Assembly: GCF_004010195.1 (NCBI RefSeq)
Contig: NC_057710.1
Coordinates: 153,125,321 to 153,189,320 of the forward strand
Direction of reading: 5' to 3'
Length of the DNA: 64,000 nucleotides
From: Chiloscyllium plagiosum
Lineage: Eukaryota
Shown: piece by piece, positions 38,380-51,419 of the stretch
How positions within the stretch are numbered: the first letter of the stretch is position 1
Layout of the letters: each line of letters starts with the position of its first letter
The notes under the pieces: model-generated
The model's input: only the letters and a program-made list of their open reading frames with translations
What the model was told of the DNA's origin: nothing
Database searches by the model: none
Made by a program: the position numbers and the translations under genes

Positions 38380-38712
38380 AGACAGTGGAAACAAGCTTTT
38401 CGGTCCATTGAGCCCACACCAACCTTCCAAAGAGCATCCCATCCAGACCCATCCTCCTGCCCTAATCTTGAACCCTGCATTCCCATAGCTCATCCACCTA
38501 GCTTGCACATCCCTAGACACTATGGGCAATTTAGAATTGCCAATCCATCTAACTGTACATCTTTGTATTGAGGGAGGAAACTGAAGCATTCAAAGGAAAC
38601 CCGCACAGTCACAGGGAGAATGTGTAAGCTTCACACAGACAGTCACCCAACAATGGAACCAAACATGGGTCCCTGGCACTGTCAGGCAGCAGTTCTAACC
38701 ACTGAGCCACTT
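38380..38712 (-). mobile_element. Older HE1 SINE
   Basis: Reverse V-domain and AACCACTGAGCCAC head. Confidence 0.88.
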
Positions 38713-41700
38713 CCTTTTTAATGACAGATCTAAATCTGATAGAGACCGAGACTCCTATGTCTACAAACAAATTGGACTCCCGGCCCATCATCAAAGCATT
38801 AATAAATATTCTTGTCTCCCTCGTCACTCAACACAAGGTGCAGCACTAATTAATTACAATCTAAACTCGAGTCATCTCTTGGACCTCCTCCCTGATCATA
38901 AACTGAGATCCATTTGGAAGGTGAAGTAGACCCTGTTGCTTCCTACTATTTTTACCAACATTTAGCCTTCACATTTCCCAACTTCTTATAGGTGAGCCAG
39001 GTTTTCTTCACTGTCTCGTTCCTTCATTTCCAAGCCATATGTCCTTTCTGTTTGCATCTACAACACTGAAGTGCTGAGACCAGCATTGCTGCTGGTGTCA
39101 CCTGTGACACAACAGAAACTGTAGCTGATTCCAAGGCCCATCTCATGACATTAGATAATTTCCTTATACAGATAGACCTAAATGACAAATTTTCTGATGT
39201 CTCAGGTTGAGTTCTTCCCTTAAAGGTTTTCAGGAATATCTGATCAATTCTCTAGTGGTTATTTATCCTTCCAAATGAAGCTTATGCATCAACATTCCAT
39301 TTTGCATACTCAATGTCACACTGATCCTTCTTTTATACTAGACAAGTTGCTATGTATGCCCCACCACCCCCAAGAAAAAAAACCCTTGTTCCTATTCAAA
39401 TAATCTCCTTTTTTCACACCTGCACTCTGAGCCCACTTTCTATTCTAATATTTATTGCCTAACTGTCGTCAGACCTCTAAGTATTTAATTTTATCAATAT
39501 TTTGACATCTTTGGGATGCACGGAGTGGAGTTCTTCCATTTCCTCTACTCTTTCCCAGAATCTGCTGTTTGGACCGTTTGGTTCAAATCTGGATAGATCA
39601 TTCAAGATAATTTATCATCTGGGATACTAATATGCTGCTTTGGTGACAATATTTTCTGTTCCATCTTTTTTAATTCTCTTCTTGCTCAACTACCACCAGA
39701 GGTCGTACAACGATTTACTGTTGTTAGCTTCATTGTAGGGCAGAGGGGTGCAATATTTCCAACCCTCATCCCAACCCCAACGCTTGGCAGCTTTTCTTTC
39801 CAAATCTCCTTGTCTGTGTCATTAATGTCACTGTTACTATTGTCATGTTTGTTATCCTTTGGTTGTGCGGCCCTATCTTTGTTGATGTTTCCCTTTGATC
39901 CTGAGCATATCTTCATACTTTCTGACAGAAGTTCAGTTATATATTTGTAACAATTATCTTTTTTCCTTTCTTTCTTTGTCCCTTCCACCATGTGGGAAGT
40001 ACAACAGCAATGACTGATGATTCACTGGAAAATGGTCTCATCCACATCCCTAACGTGCATGTGACATTTTTCAACATGGATGAAACCGACAAGCTCACTC
40101 TGATGTTTAAAGATGAAACGTGTGATGGTGGAAAACTGTCGGAGAAATTAGCTCAATAAAGCAGAGACCACACAAGCCAGATTGGGTGAAATTGACAAGC
40201 TGTTTATTGCAAGCGCTGGAAGAGAAATTGACTAAGCTGACACTGTGCAGATAGATCAGGGGTTCTCTTCCTCGAACTGAGAATGAAGCCAAGTTTTATA
40301 GGAATCTTGTACAATAAAGTTTAATTAAAATGGGGAAAGATACAATGCATTTGGAAATTAAGTAATCCAGTTATAATGATGAGAATTGAAAAACAGTTAT
40401 CGGAAGAATGTCCTGATTATCGATACAATGTTACATCCTGACAGTATCAATGAGTTCTTGATGGGATCAGGAGAATCCAGCTGCAGGTAAGTGAGAATGT
40501 CTCTTTTGAAACATTAAGGTGCTTCCATTGTTCCTGTCCTGGAAGCAAGGTCCTTTGGTGCCTCTCCATCTGACCTGTCCTTTGTGTGGCTTTGGTACTG
40601 CTGTGTTATCAGACTGTCCTCAAGACCTTGAGACAGCTGTGTTGACCGGGTCCAGGAAGCTTAATGTTAGGGTGTTTTGGGAAGTGTATTCCCTTGTCTG
40701 CAAATGACTATGGTTCTGCCCGATTTCACTTGTCAGCCTATTTGGTCAATGCAAAGGCATTCTGGGTGTTTCTGGTATAGCTTGGCCAAGTTTGATTTCC
40801 TGTGTTCTGTGTGGGCATACTGTGGGTAGGCAGGGTGGCAGATTTTTTCCCAGAAAAGCAAAGCAAGGAACATGAGATGGCACTGTAACACTGCCACTTC
40901 TAGTGATTAGAAAGTCCCAAGAAGTCCATTGCTTTGAAAATTAAAAGTGCAAGGCTATCAAAACTGGAGGGATGATCGCCAACATTTTTGCAGCATGGAT
41001 CAGGCAAGTGGACGAAAAGGTATCAATGGAAGAAGATGATGATCAATAACAGCCCTTTGCACTCTGACATAGCTGGCCTCAGGAATATCAAGCTGATGTT
41101 CTTGTCTCCCAGCTCCATGGCCAACTTCCAGCCAATGGATCAAGAAAACCCACTATGAAAAACAGGTTATCTCCCACCATCGATAAGAAGCATAAGTAAA
41201 ACTCAACTGTTCTGTAGGCCATCTTCATGAAGAAGGCACAGAGGATGGGGACAAATATTTAACTGCCAACTGCTTATGCAATACTGGATTGAATAAGTTA
41301 CAACTGCGCAAGACACAAAGAAAGAGGAGCAGCAGAGTGGGACCAACTCACCAGATGACAAGGCTCCTTTTGCTCACTGGAAATTCTAGCAAAGACTATG
41401 GAAATTTACTCCAAACTGAACACATTGCTGCTCAATGGAACTAACAGCTGAGGCAGATGCAGCATGTTCTATAATCAAAGAGTTTATGAAAACCAATGAC
41501 CAAAAATAGTCCAAGATATGCCCATCCATTCGCCTGTCTTTTCCCTGCCTGAAGCTGGAACAAGCATAGATGCTCTGAGATTTGCACAAGAGCATAAAAT
41601 CAAAGAAAAGATGTTAGAGAGTATTGACAACATGGTAGACTATATTGCACTTGACTCAAGACAGAGCACCAACCAGAAAAAGATTACTATATTTTTCCAG

Positions 41701-42709
41701 AGCTAACTCTCAATATTTTCAATGCTTTTCACTGCACAAGGCCATTGTAAGATGTTAACAAACTAAAATCTACTGATATTTTCACATATTTACTGTGTCT
41801 CTATTTTAATTTGAATTCTTTGACGTGGAGTGCATTGTGGGTAAAACCGGGTTGCTTGCAGCTTTTCAGGCAATCGCAAAGCTTCACTTAATGCATATTT
41901 GTAGGAGGAGCCACTACTATCAAGTACTTATTCTTACTTTATACACAAAACTCATCATTTACATAATTTTGTTACTTTCTTAAAGATGGAGTCTATTTTG
42001 GCAAAACTTTGTCCAAGATAATTTAAATATTTATTTTAAAAAACTTTTATTTTAAAATAAACAATTGTGTGAACTGTAGGGAGCTTGTGTCAGAGTTCCT
42101 AAAATTCAACTTTAGAATATAAATTTATTGTCACCTGTACTTTTACATGAAAAATACAGTGAAAAGTTTTCTAAGTCACCACACCATTCCGGGAAAGTGA
42201 GAACGACTGACAATGATAGCATTGTTGCCCTCCCTGTTCGAAACACTGAATAGCTAGTGCACTTCAGAAAGCGTTTAGGAGACAACTGGAATTAGGTATA
42301 AGTTAGACGAGGTCAGTATCGCAGCTTGCCTTTTGAGAAAGGACACCAGTGGACAGTTTGGCTTTTAATGAGAATCCAATGGTATAAAGTTTACTTGTTC
42401 AATAAACTGAATTTTCAGATTCATTTCAACATCAAATTCAAATTTTTAAAATGCCATGATGGAATTTAAAAGCAAACTCTCTACATTATTAGTACAAATA
42501 TCTACATTATTGGTCCAATAACAGAACCACCATATTATTGTACTGAAAGTAGTTCACAAGCAAGAGTGGTGACTTTAATTTGGTATAACTGTTTTTGGGT
42601 TCATGATTTGGATTAACTCTCAAGTTAAGCTGAAGTTGCAGCACCATTTCTTCTCAATAAGCCAGTCAATAGTGCAAATAAAAACCGATTTGTTGATTTA
42701 TATTCTCTT

Positions 42710-45000
42710 GTTCATAGAATGTGGGTATCGGTGACAAGGGCAGTACTTTTTACCCATCCCTAATTGTTATTAAGGCGGTGGTGAGCACTATTTTGAACTG
42801 CTGCAATCTGTGTAATGAAGGTACAAATCTAAGGGAGTTCCAGGCCTTACCCAATTACACTGAAGAGGGAGTGACACAAGTCCACGTCAGCTTACAGGTG
42901 ATGGTGCTGCCATGTATCTGTTGCCATTGTCCTTCCAGATGATAAAGGTTGTGGGTTTGTAAGGTGTTATTGGAGGAATCTTGGTGAGTGGCCTTCATGC
43001 ATCTTGTGTACAGTAAACACTACTATTAGTGTGTGCCAGTCATGATGAGAGTGAATGTTTAAAATGGTACATCGGATGCTAATCAAGCCAGCTTTGTCTG
43101 TATGATGTCGAGCTCCTCAGTGCTGTTGCAGCTACATTGATCTGGACAATCAGATGGTATTTCATCAAATTCCTGATTTGTGTCTTGTAACTGCTGGACA
43201 GAACTTGGGGAGTTATGCAAAAATCTAAACCTCTTAGCCACAGTATTTATATGACTGGCCCAGTTCAGTTTCTGGTCAACAATAACATTCAAAGTTGGCA
43301 TTGAGGGAATTTAGCAACAGTAATGTCATTAAACACCCAGTCAAGACAGTCAGAACTTTGCATGTTTGAGATGCGCATTGCCTTGCACTTTTGTGGCGTA
43401 ATTATTACTCTCCAATTATCAGCCCGAGCCTGAATATTGTCTTGGTTTCTTCATGTATTTGGATACATGTTTATGAAGCAGGTGAATATGGTTGGGTCAA
43501 GACCACTACACTGTTGTCTGGGACTGAGACAATTGATCTCCAATGACCATAAGCATCTTCCTTTATGCTAAGTATCACTCCAACTAGTGGTGAACTGTGT
43601 TAAGGTCTTTATGCCATATTTGGTTAAATGTGGCCTGGATGTCAAGCTTTTTTTATCCAAGTTTGGACAAGGCTGAAATGAGGTCAGGTATTACTTTGTT
43701 GTGGAGAATTTCAAATCAATTTTCAGGTTATTGCTGAGTGCGTATCACTTGCTATCACGGTCACTTCAGTGATGATTGAGAATTGATTGATGGGGCATCA
43801 ATTGGCCAGGGTGGCATCCTCCTGTTTTTGTGAACATAGTATACGTGGTGAATCTTCCACATTGCAACGTAGATGTCAGTGTTATAACTGTAGTGGAACA
43901 ACTTGGCTCGGGCACAGCTAGGTCTGGAACCTTCATCTTCAGTACAACTGCCAGAATGTTGTCAGGGCAAATAGTCTTTGCAGTATCTAGCATCCTCAAC
44001 AATTTCTTGATATCATGTGGAGAGAAATAAATTGGTTGAAGACTGGCATCTGAGAGCTGAGGATCACAAAAGGTCTAGCTGGATCATCTACTCATTCTTG
44101 ATGAAGGCCTTATGCCCGAAACGTTGATTCACCTGCTCCTCAGATGCTGCTTGACCTGCTGTGCTTTTCCAACACTCACCTACTCAGCCCTTCTACAAAT
44201 GCTTCACCATTGTCTTCTGCATTGATAAGGAAGGTTTCCACATCATTGAGAAAGGGAATATTAGTGTAATGTCCTTATTCTATTCATTGTTTAATTGTTC
44301 ATCTCCATTTATGACAGGATGCAGCAGAGCTTAAGTCTCAACCATAGAATCATTTAGCTGTCTACTGTTTCTGCTGTTGGAGTTGCACGTAGTTCTTTGT
44401 TGTAGTTTCGCCAAGTCAATGGCTATTATTCAGATATGCCTGATCTCACACGCTCTACTCTAAATCAGGCTTGCTTCTCCAGCTTAATGGAGTGAAGAAA
44501 TTTGCCAAGTCATGAGGTTACATACTATGGATGAATACAACTCTGTGGCTGCTGATTTTCCAGCATCTCAAGATCGGCAGTTCTTATCAGCTAAAAGTAT
44601 TCTAAACTTACCCAATTTACATAAATTATCCTCAATACGATGACAGGTCTTCAACTCCATAAGGACTGTATGGTGGGGACTCCTAAAAATACTGTTATGG
44701 AAGATGTGTCTGTGACAGGTAAGTTTGTGACACCAACATCAAGTTATCTTTTTTCCTTCTTATTGGTTCCCTCACCATCTGCTCCAGGTCAGGTCTTGGA
44801 GCTATGTCATTAAGGATTTGGTCATCTTTGTCAGTAGACTTACTAGCCAGCCACTCTTGACACATGGAAATTGAGGTCCCAAACCAGGTGACACTCTTTA
44901 CTTGTGACTCTCAATGCATCTTTCAATTGGTGCTCAACAATGTGTTTGTTGAGGAGGAGGAAAGTGGGAGAGCTGTTGGGGTGGGTGGGCACTGTAACTA
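42710..45000 (-). mobile_element. CR1-clade LINE fragment (second family), continuing at ~46365-46620
   Basis: LDTAKTICPDNILAVVLK pre-RT motif; DQKLNWASHINTVAK. Confidence 0.85.
44095..44178 (+). mobile_element. Short PLE end with mutated hammerhead
   Basis: TTGATGAAGGCCTTATGCCCGAAACGTT; flanked by CTACTCA repeats. Confidence 0.8.
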
Positions 45001-45019
45001 GTAACCAGGTAGTTTCACA

Positions 45020-45760
45020 GCATCACAGAACTACTCTGATGCAGAGGCAGCCATTTGGTCTATCATGTGTGTACCAGCTCCAAGTTTTTTAACTTCATGC
45101 CTTCTCTCCGAAATGGTGCATATGGTTTCTATTTAAGTAATCATCTATTTCCCTCTTTAATGCCTCAACTGAATTTAACTCTATCACACTTCCTGACCCT
45201 AATCACTCACTGCATGAAAAGACTTTTTCCTCACCTCACAACTGCTTTTGCAAAACACTTCAAAACTGTGCCATCTTCTGTTTTCTGCAGCCTCATGATT
45301 TTGAAAAGCTATATCAAATTTCCTCTTAGCCTTTGCCTCTCCAACTTCTCCCATCTTTCCTCTCAACAGAAGTGCTTTATCCCGAAAACCACTCTCTTCT
45401 TTATTCTGTCTTAAACATTCACATCCTTCTTATATATGGCACTTTGATCTGGACATAGTGTTCCAGATGAGGTCTAACCTACTTATGCTCATCATATCCT
45501 CCCTGCTGTTGCACTCTATCCCTGTTTTTAATGAAGCCTAGAACACCGTATCTCTATTTTTTCACATCCTTTAGAATATCAACCTTTATTTTATACAATC
45601 TCTCTATGTTGATGTACCAAAGTAAATGGCCTCCTACTTCTTTGCATTGAACTTCACCTGCCAATTTGCCAATAATCCACCAATTTGCCAATGTCCTTTT
45701 GAAGTTTTAGAATATTTTCATCCATGTTTGACCTTAAGACATCTTTGTGCCAGGAGTCAA
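45020..45760 (-). mobile_element. Decayed CR1 LINE 3' fragment
   Basis: KLQKDIGKLVDYWQIGR (ORF 45654-45845); reverse CR1 3' UTR at ~45020-45080. Confidence 0.7.
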
Positions 45761-45805
45761 TGTCAACAGATGAGCAGGGCTGCTCCCTCCCAACTGTGTA
45801 ATACA

Positions 45806-46147
45806 GGGCAGCACAGTGCCTCAGTGGTAAGCAATGCTGCCTCACAGTGCCAGGGAGCCGGGTTTAATCCCAGTTTTGGGCAACTGTGTGGAGTTTGCAC
45901 AGTCTCCCTGTGTCCGTGTGGGTTCCCTCCAGGTGCTCCGATTTCCACCCACAGTCCAAAGATGTCCACGTTAGGTGAATTGGCCTTGCTAAATTGCCCA
46001 TAGTGTTCAGGGATATGTAGGTTAGATGCATTAGTCAGGGGCAAATGTAGAGCAATAGGGTAGGGGAATGGGTCTGGATGGAATACTCTTCGGAGGGTCA
46101 GTGTGGACTTGCTGCGCTAAAGGGCCTGTCCCCTCACTGTAGGAATT
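45806..46147 (+). mobile_element. HE1 SINE
   Basis: Head, V-domain and tail all present. Confidence 0.92.
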
Positions 46148-46158
46148 ATATATAATGC

Positions 46159-46356
46159 TAAAAATCACACAACACCAGGTGATAGTCCAACAGGTTTAAT
46201 TGAAAGCACTAGCTTTCAGAGTGCTGCTCCTTCATCAGGTGGTTGTCAGCACTCCGAAGCTAGTGCTTCCAAATAAACCTGTTGGACTATAACCTGGTGT
46301 TGTGTGGTTTTTTAACTTTGTACACCCCAGTCCAACACCAGAATCTCCACATCATG
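46159..46356. mobile_element. PLE-derived foldback element, third family
   Basis: ~65 bp inverted arms, ~40 nt right tail, 10 bp TSD TATATAATGC (46149-46158, 46357-46366). Confidence 0.88.
46207..46241 (-). ncRNA. Minimal hammerhead motif, sense to the LRBA pre-mRNA
   Basis: CAC-CUGAUGA-A-GGAG(CAGCA)CUCU-GAAA-GCUA-GUG; stem I CAC/GUG, palindromic AGCU stem III. Confidence 0.7.
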
Positions 46357-49300
46357 TATATAATGCCACCATCTCTGGTAGGTCTACCCTGCCAGTGGTA
46401 TACGATATAACCTGGGATAGTGGTGAGTGTGTTTAGGATATCATAAAACATGAATCAGTGAGTATGACTATGTCAGGCAGTTGCTAGACTAGTCTGTGGA
46501 ATAGTTGTTACTAAAATCTGGGACTTACGTCAAAACTATAAGGATTGACAGTGGGTTGACACTGTTGGCCTTGCCATTGTTAATTCTAGTATCTTGATCA
46601 CGCCAGATGGACCACCCATATTCATTCATTGTTTTTACCCTGTCGCAGTTTTGTAAAACTTCCCTGGGCCATTTTAGGGAACACTTAAAAATCAATCACA
46701 CTTCAGTGGCCTTTCACTTAATTCCTTGACACTGTATGTAGACCAGGCAAGGTTGCAGATTTCTTTTCCTGACGGACATTAGTGAACCTAATGAGTGGTC
46801 AAGCAAAGCAAATTGCTCAAGCTGGAATTGGCATTTGTAAAGATTTTGTACAAAAAAAGCTGGAAGGGAATAAAATTACTTGCCCAAGGCTTACTTTCTC
46901 AAACATTGTTACGTAAACTGTTTGCCAAGTTGTCACTTTTCTTGCATAAACTGGGTTTTGTATTTTCACAAGATGCTCACAATACATCTAAAGCTATCAT
47001 GTTGGACCATTTTAGAAGCATAGATCAATCGCACAAGCAGAACAAATGTCATTTAAAAGGTTAGGTTGGAATTTTATTCATCTAGTATTAGCCCAGATGA
47101 TAAACTATTTTTTTAAAAAACAGAACCTATTCTAATATTAGCCCATATGCTAGACTATTTATTAAATCTAATTCCACAACACGCCATAAATGAGATTAGA
47201 ATCCATGGCCTCACAGTTTGCTAGTACCATAACACTGATTAACCCAGTAAAAAGAAATAAGGCTTTGCACTTGAGCATTGCTGCAGATTTAAATATATTA
47301 GAAGGATGACATTATCTGTGCAAGGGATACCCTGATTCTTGACTAAGCAATGACTAAATTTTAAAATTCACATCCTCATTTTCAAATCCCTCCATGGCTT
47401 ATCTCTCCACCTCTAATCGCTTCCAAACTCAAAATGTCTGAATTCCTATAACTCTGGACTCCTCTTCTCCCTCACTTCTGATTGTTTCACAAATGATGGC
47501 TCACACTCAGCATACTTGGTTGAGTTTCAACAGAATATCTGCAATTTAAGGTATTATTTTAAATTTCTATTAATGTTGCAACTGGTTCAGATAATAAAGC
47601 TAGGTATCTCCCATTCAAGTGTTATTAATTATACAAACGTCCATATATGTTCAGGAAGGTATACAAGACAAATTATAGACATAAAAATTACAGACTATCT
47701 TTAATCAAATATTGCACTTCACAGCTTCATCTCAGATTAAAACTAACCATCTGTCATTTCACGAGGCATCTTTATACATTTTGCGTTCTTGTATTTATAT
47801 CATAGTGCACACTAAATTGACAAACAGCAGAATAAATAATATATCTGCAACTTAGTATTTTATACATCATAAAATAATTTTTAAAACAATGTTGAATAAA
47901 CTACATATGACAAAAATATTATCTCATACTGGTCAGCATTTTATTTTTATTACCCCATTTTTAAAAAAACTCTTATTATCGATTTTGTTCAAATCATCTC
48001 CAAAAAATGTTTGCCTATAACATGCTTTGATCATTTTTGGAAGTTTGATGACATTGTGATTTCCTTGTCTGATTTTTTTTTTCTCTTTTTGACAAAGATA
48101 AATGATTGCCATCAATCATGATCCAATCGGTAGTACAGAGTCTTGGGGAAATGCATCGCTCTTTACCAGTTTTCCTGCTCTTCATGGAACCTAAGCTTCA
48201 TTTTTTCATGAAATGAACAAAAATATTCCAGCCAAGGAATATGTCATTCACATCCACTACAAAATTAAATATTATAACTAATGATAGCTTTTACCTTTAA
48301 TAATGTGTAGTATTACACCAGGGACAGGCTGCTTTCTATTTTGGCTGAAGGTTAAGTGAGTGTTAGAATTTAAAACTTCAGTTGTAGAGCATCCACTATA
48401 TAAACAGCATATACAAGAACAGTTGGGTTGATTTAGTTAAAACTGATTCAAGTACTTAAATTTGACTTAAGTACTTTTAAAGAAATTTGATGTGTTTTGA
48501 AATATTCTTTGGTTAACTATTCAAATTCACTGTTGTCCAAAACTGCATTTCAAAATATTACACTCAGAATAAGCTAGCTATCTTAAAAAAACTTAATGAA
48601 AAGGAAAAACTTTCAATTGCAGAAAAATCACAAGTTAAAATCTTCTATAATTCTCTTTGCAAGAAAATTAAGCCTTACAAGGACTAACTCCCTTAATATG
48701 AAAACTTGTAATTACTGTTGTTTCAAAGTTTCAAACAGGAATCTTCAAAACTTGAGATAACTACGACGCTTCTTACTGAACACTGAATAAAGCTAAAGTT
48801 TTCATACAAACAAAACATTATTCTCCATGTTAGTCTTATGACAAACAACCATTTTATATTGTATATGTGTACATTATTTTCACATATTTCCTCAGCAGAT
48901 GCAAGGTTGAATGAGTTGAACCTGATTAATAAGAAACTCCACAAAAAAGTACAAAGGAAGGACAATTTTTAAGTATACAACATTGCCAAATGAATAGTTG
49001 GAGAACCAAATCAAGAAGCCATGAAATTAAGAAAACAGTTTCTTGTGATAAATGACAGAAATTCCAGTGAGATGACCATAGCTAAATTGCAATGACTAAT
49101 TATACCATATACTATTAATTCAAATTTTATGTTTTCAGGCTTTACCGATTTATATTTGAAATTAGATCTCCCAGATTATTTGAGTTTTCAAGACACTACT
49201 GCAGTAGAGTATTTAATTGAATCTCACGTGTCACACACTATCAAACAAATATATGATGTGGCATTTATGTTTTTACTGGGAACAAATAAAACAGTAATCG

Positions 49301-49599
49301 TATAATGACATAAAACTGGAAGTATATAAGCAGTGAACCTTCAAGAATTGCTGCCAACTTATTTTTAAATTTCAATATCTTCCACTTGCCACTTAAGGAT
49401 ATTTGAAAATACCCCAGAAAGCAAATTAGATGAAATGCGTGATTTTTAAAATTTATTATATGAGACCCCAAGTTGACTCAAGCCAGCTCCTGATGGACGA
49501 AGGTGCTATTTCAGAACCAGTTGTTACATCAATGCCAAAAATTGGAACTGAAAACTTATACACTCAGGACCTTTGCTTGGTTGAAGATATAATATCTGA

Positions 49600-51250
49600 G
49601 CATTGAAGAGCTTCACGCTGCAACCAGCCAGTCTATGTATATCTTTCATACTCTTTGCATCTTCCTAATAATTTGCTTTCCTAACTACCTTTATACTAAT
49701 CAGTGGCATTTAGCTACAATACAATTCATCCTTTTATCCAAGTTGTTCAGATAGATCGTAAGCAATTCGTGACCCAGCACTTATCCCAGCACTCCAATTG
49801 TTGCAGTTTGCCAACCTGTAAATAACCCATTTGTCCCTACTCTGCTTCTGGTCAATTAGCCAAACCTCTATCCATGTTATTTAATTACCTGTAAAAACAT
49901 GAAATGCTGTAGTGCGCAGTAAGCTTTATGTGGCATCTCACTGAATGCCTTTTGGAACCTCCAAATACATGACATCTACTAGTTCTCTTCATGCTCCCTG
50001 CATGTTACATCCTCAAAGCACTTAAATCATTCATGTATCAAACACAACGTGTGCACTGTCAGATTGTATAATGGTTTTCTAAATGCTCTGCTATTACTTC
50101 TTTAATAATAGATTCCAGCATTTTTCCCATGACAGACATTAAGCCAGTTTGCCTACAAGTAATTGTAGAAGATGACAACCATTGCATCAATGATCTTTAG
50201 AGCCACATCTTTTTAAAACCCTAGCACGCAGATTAGCGGATGCAAGGAATGTGTCAGCTTATCGTCCAATTAATTTCCAAATAGATTTTCTCAACTGATT
50301 TTGTTTTATGTACCTTTCATTTGCCTCTTGTGGTCTACTACCGTGGGCGGCACGGTGGCACAGTGGTTAGCACTGCTGCCTCGCAGCGCCAGAGACCCGG
50401 GTTCAATTCCCGACTCAGGCGACTGACTGTGTGGAGTTTGCACGTTCTCCCCGTGTCTGCGTGGGTTTCCTCCGGGTGCTCCGGTTTCCTCCCACAGTCA
50501 CAAAGATGTGCAGGTTAGGTGAATTGGTCATACTAAATTGCCCGTAGTGTTAGGTAAGGGGTAAATGTAGGGGTATGGGTGGGTTTCGCTTCGGCGGGTC
50601 GGTGTGGACTTGTTGGGCCGAAGGGCCTGTTTCCACACTGTAATCTAATCTAATCTACTCTTTTTAAGGATTTTTTTTTGGGAAATTCCTGTGAAGGCAA
50701 AAGTAAAATGAAGGCAAAAGTGAAATACTTATCTAAAGTCTCTGCCATTCTCTCATTTCCCTTTCATTCAAGCCTTAGCCGATAAGAGACAAACACTTAT
50801 ATCCATTACTATTCCTTGCCATAAAATTTTATTTGCACTTTCTTTTAATATTTAATTTGTCTCCCTTCATTGATTTTTAACAATCCTTTGCTGGTATTTA
50901 ATTTTTTCTCAATCTTCAGGACTACCATTATCTTTGCAACAGGATGTCTTTTCATTCAATATGATACTACACTTAATGTCCTTAGTTCATCAAGGAATGT
51001 ACATCATGCCCTTAGAATCTCTCTTCATGGATGAAATAGATCTTTGTTGAGAGTTTTGTAACATCTCAAATATTTGACACTGCTCATCCATCATCCTACC
51101 TTTCAACATATTTCCCTAATCTACTTTAGCCAACTTCATTGTTCTAAACTTAAATGCAATTGCAAAGTTAAGGTTCTAGTATCAGAGCTAAGTTTTGTTT
51201 TCCCAAATTGAATGTTAATCATTATGATATTATGATCACCTTTGCTTGGA
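49600..51250 (-). mobile_element. Decayed CR1 ORF2 fragment interrupted by HE1
   Basis: Reverse-strand VMYLEVPKGI / LDFQKAF-like region near 49945-49975, similar to 55541-55840. Confidence 0.7.
50345..50657 (+). mobile_element. Young full-length HE1 SINE
   Basis: CpG-rich, intact A/B boxes, V-domain, (TAATC)3 tail. Confidence 0.95.
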
Positions 51251-51419
51251 AGCTAAACTTTAAGAAGTTCTATCTCTTTGAAGTGCAAAAATGGTTTAGG
51301 TCGTCTTTCCAGCTCTGAAAGCTTAGACTGCCACAAATATAACGGCCTTTCTGCTGGTATTAAACAATTTATCTCAGCTGAAACCAGATCAAGTCATTGG
51401 GCTCTACAATTAGATCCAG

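Larger units (their letters stand above)
37150..40700 (-). mobile_element. Ancient LTR retroelement/ERV-like relic (possible LTR, gag CCHC knuckle, aspartic protease)
   Basis: CCRCKQKGHMAWK* at 39024-39065 (C-x2-C-x4-H-x4-C, last Cys now a stop); IFINALMMGRESNLFVDIGVSVS at ~38740-38810 (DTG-type motif); correct gag-pro order; boundaries uncertain. Confidence 0.6.

Noticed and set aside
50345-50420. tRNA-like sequence
   Set aside because: SINE head running into the V-domain, not a tRNA gene
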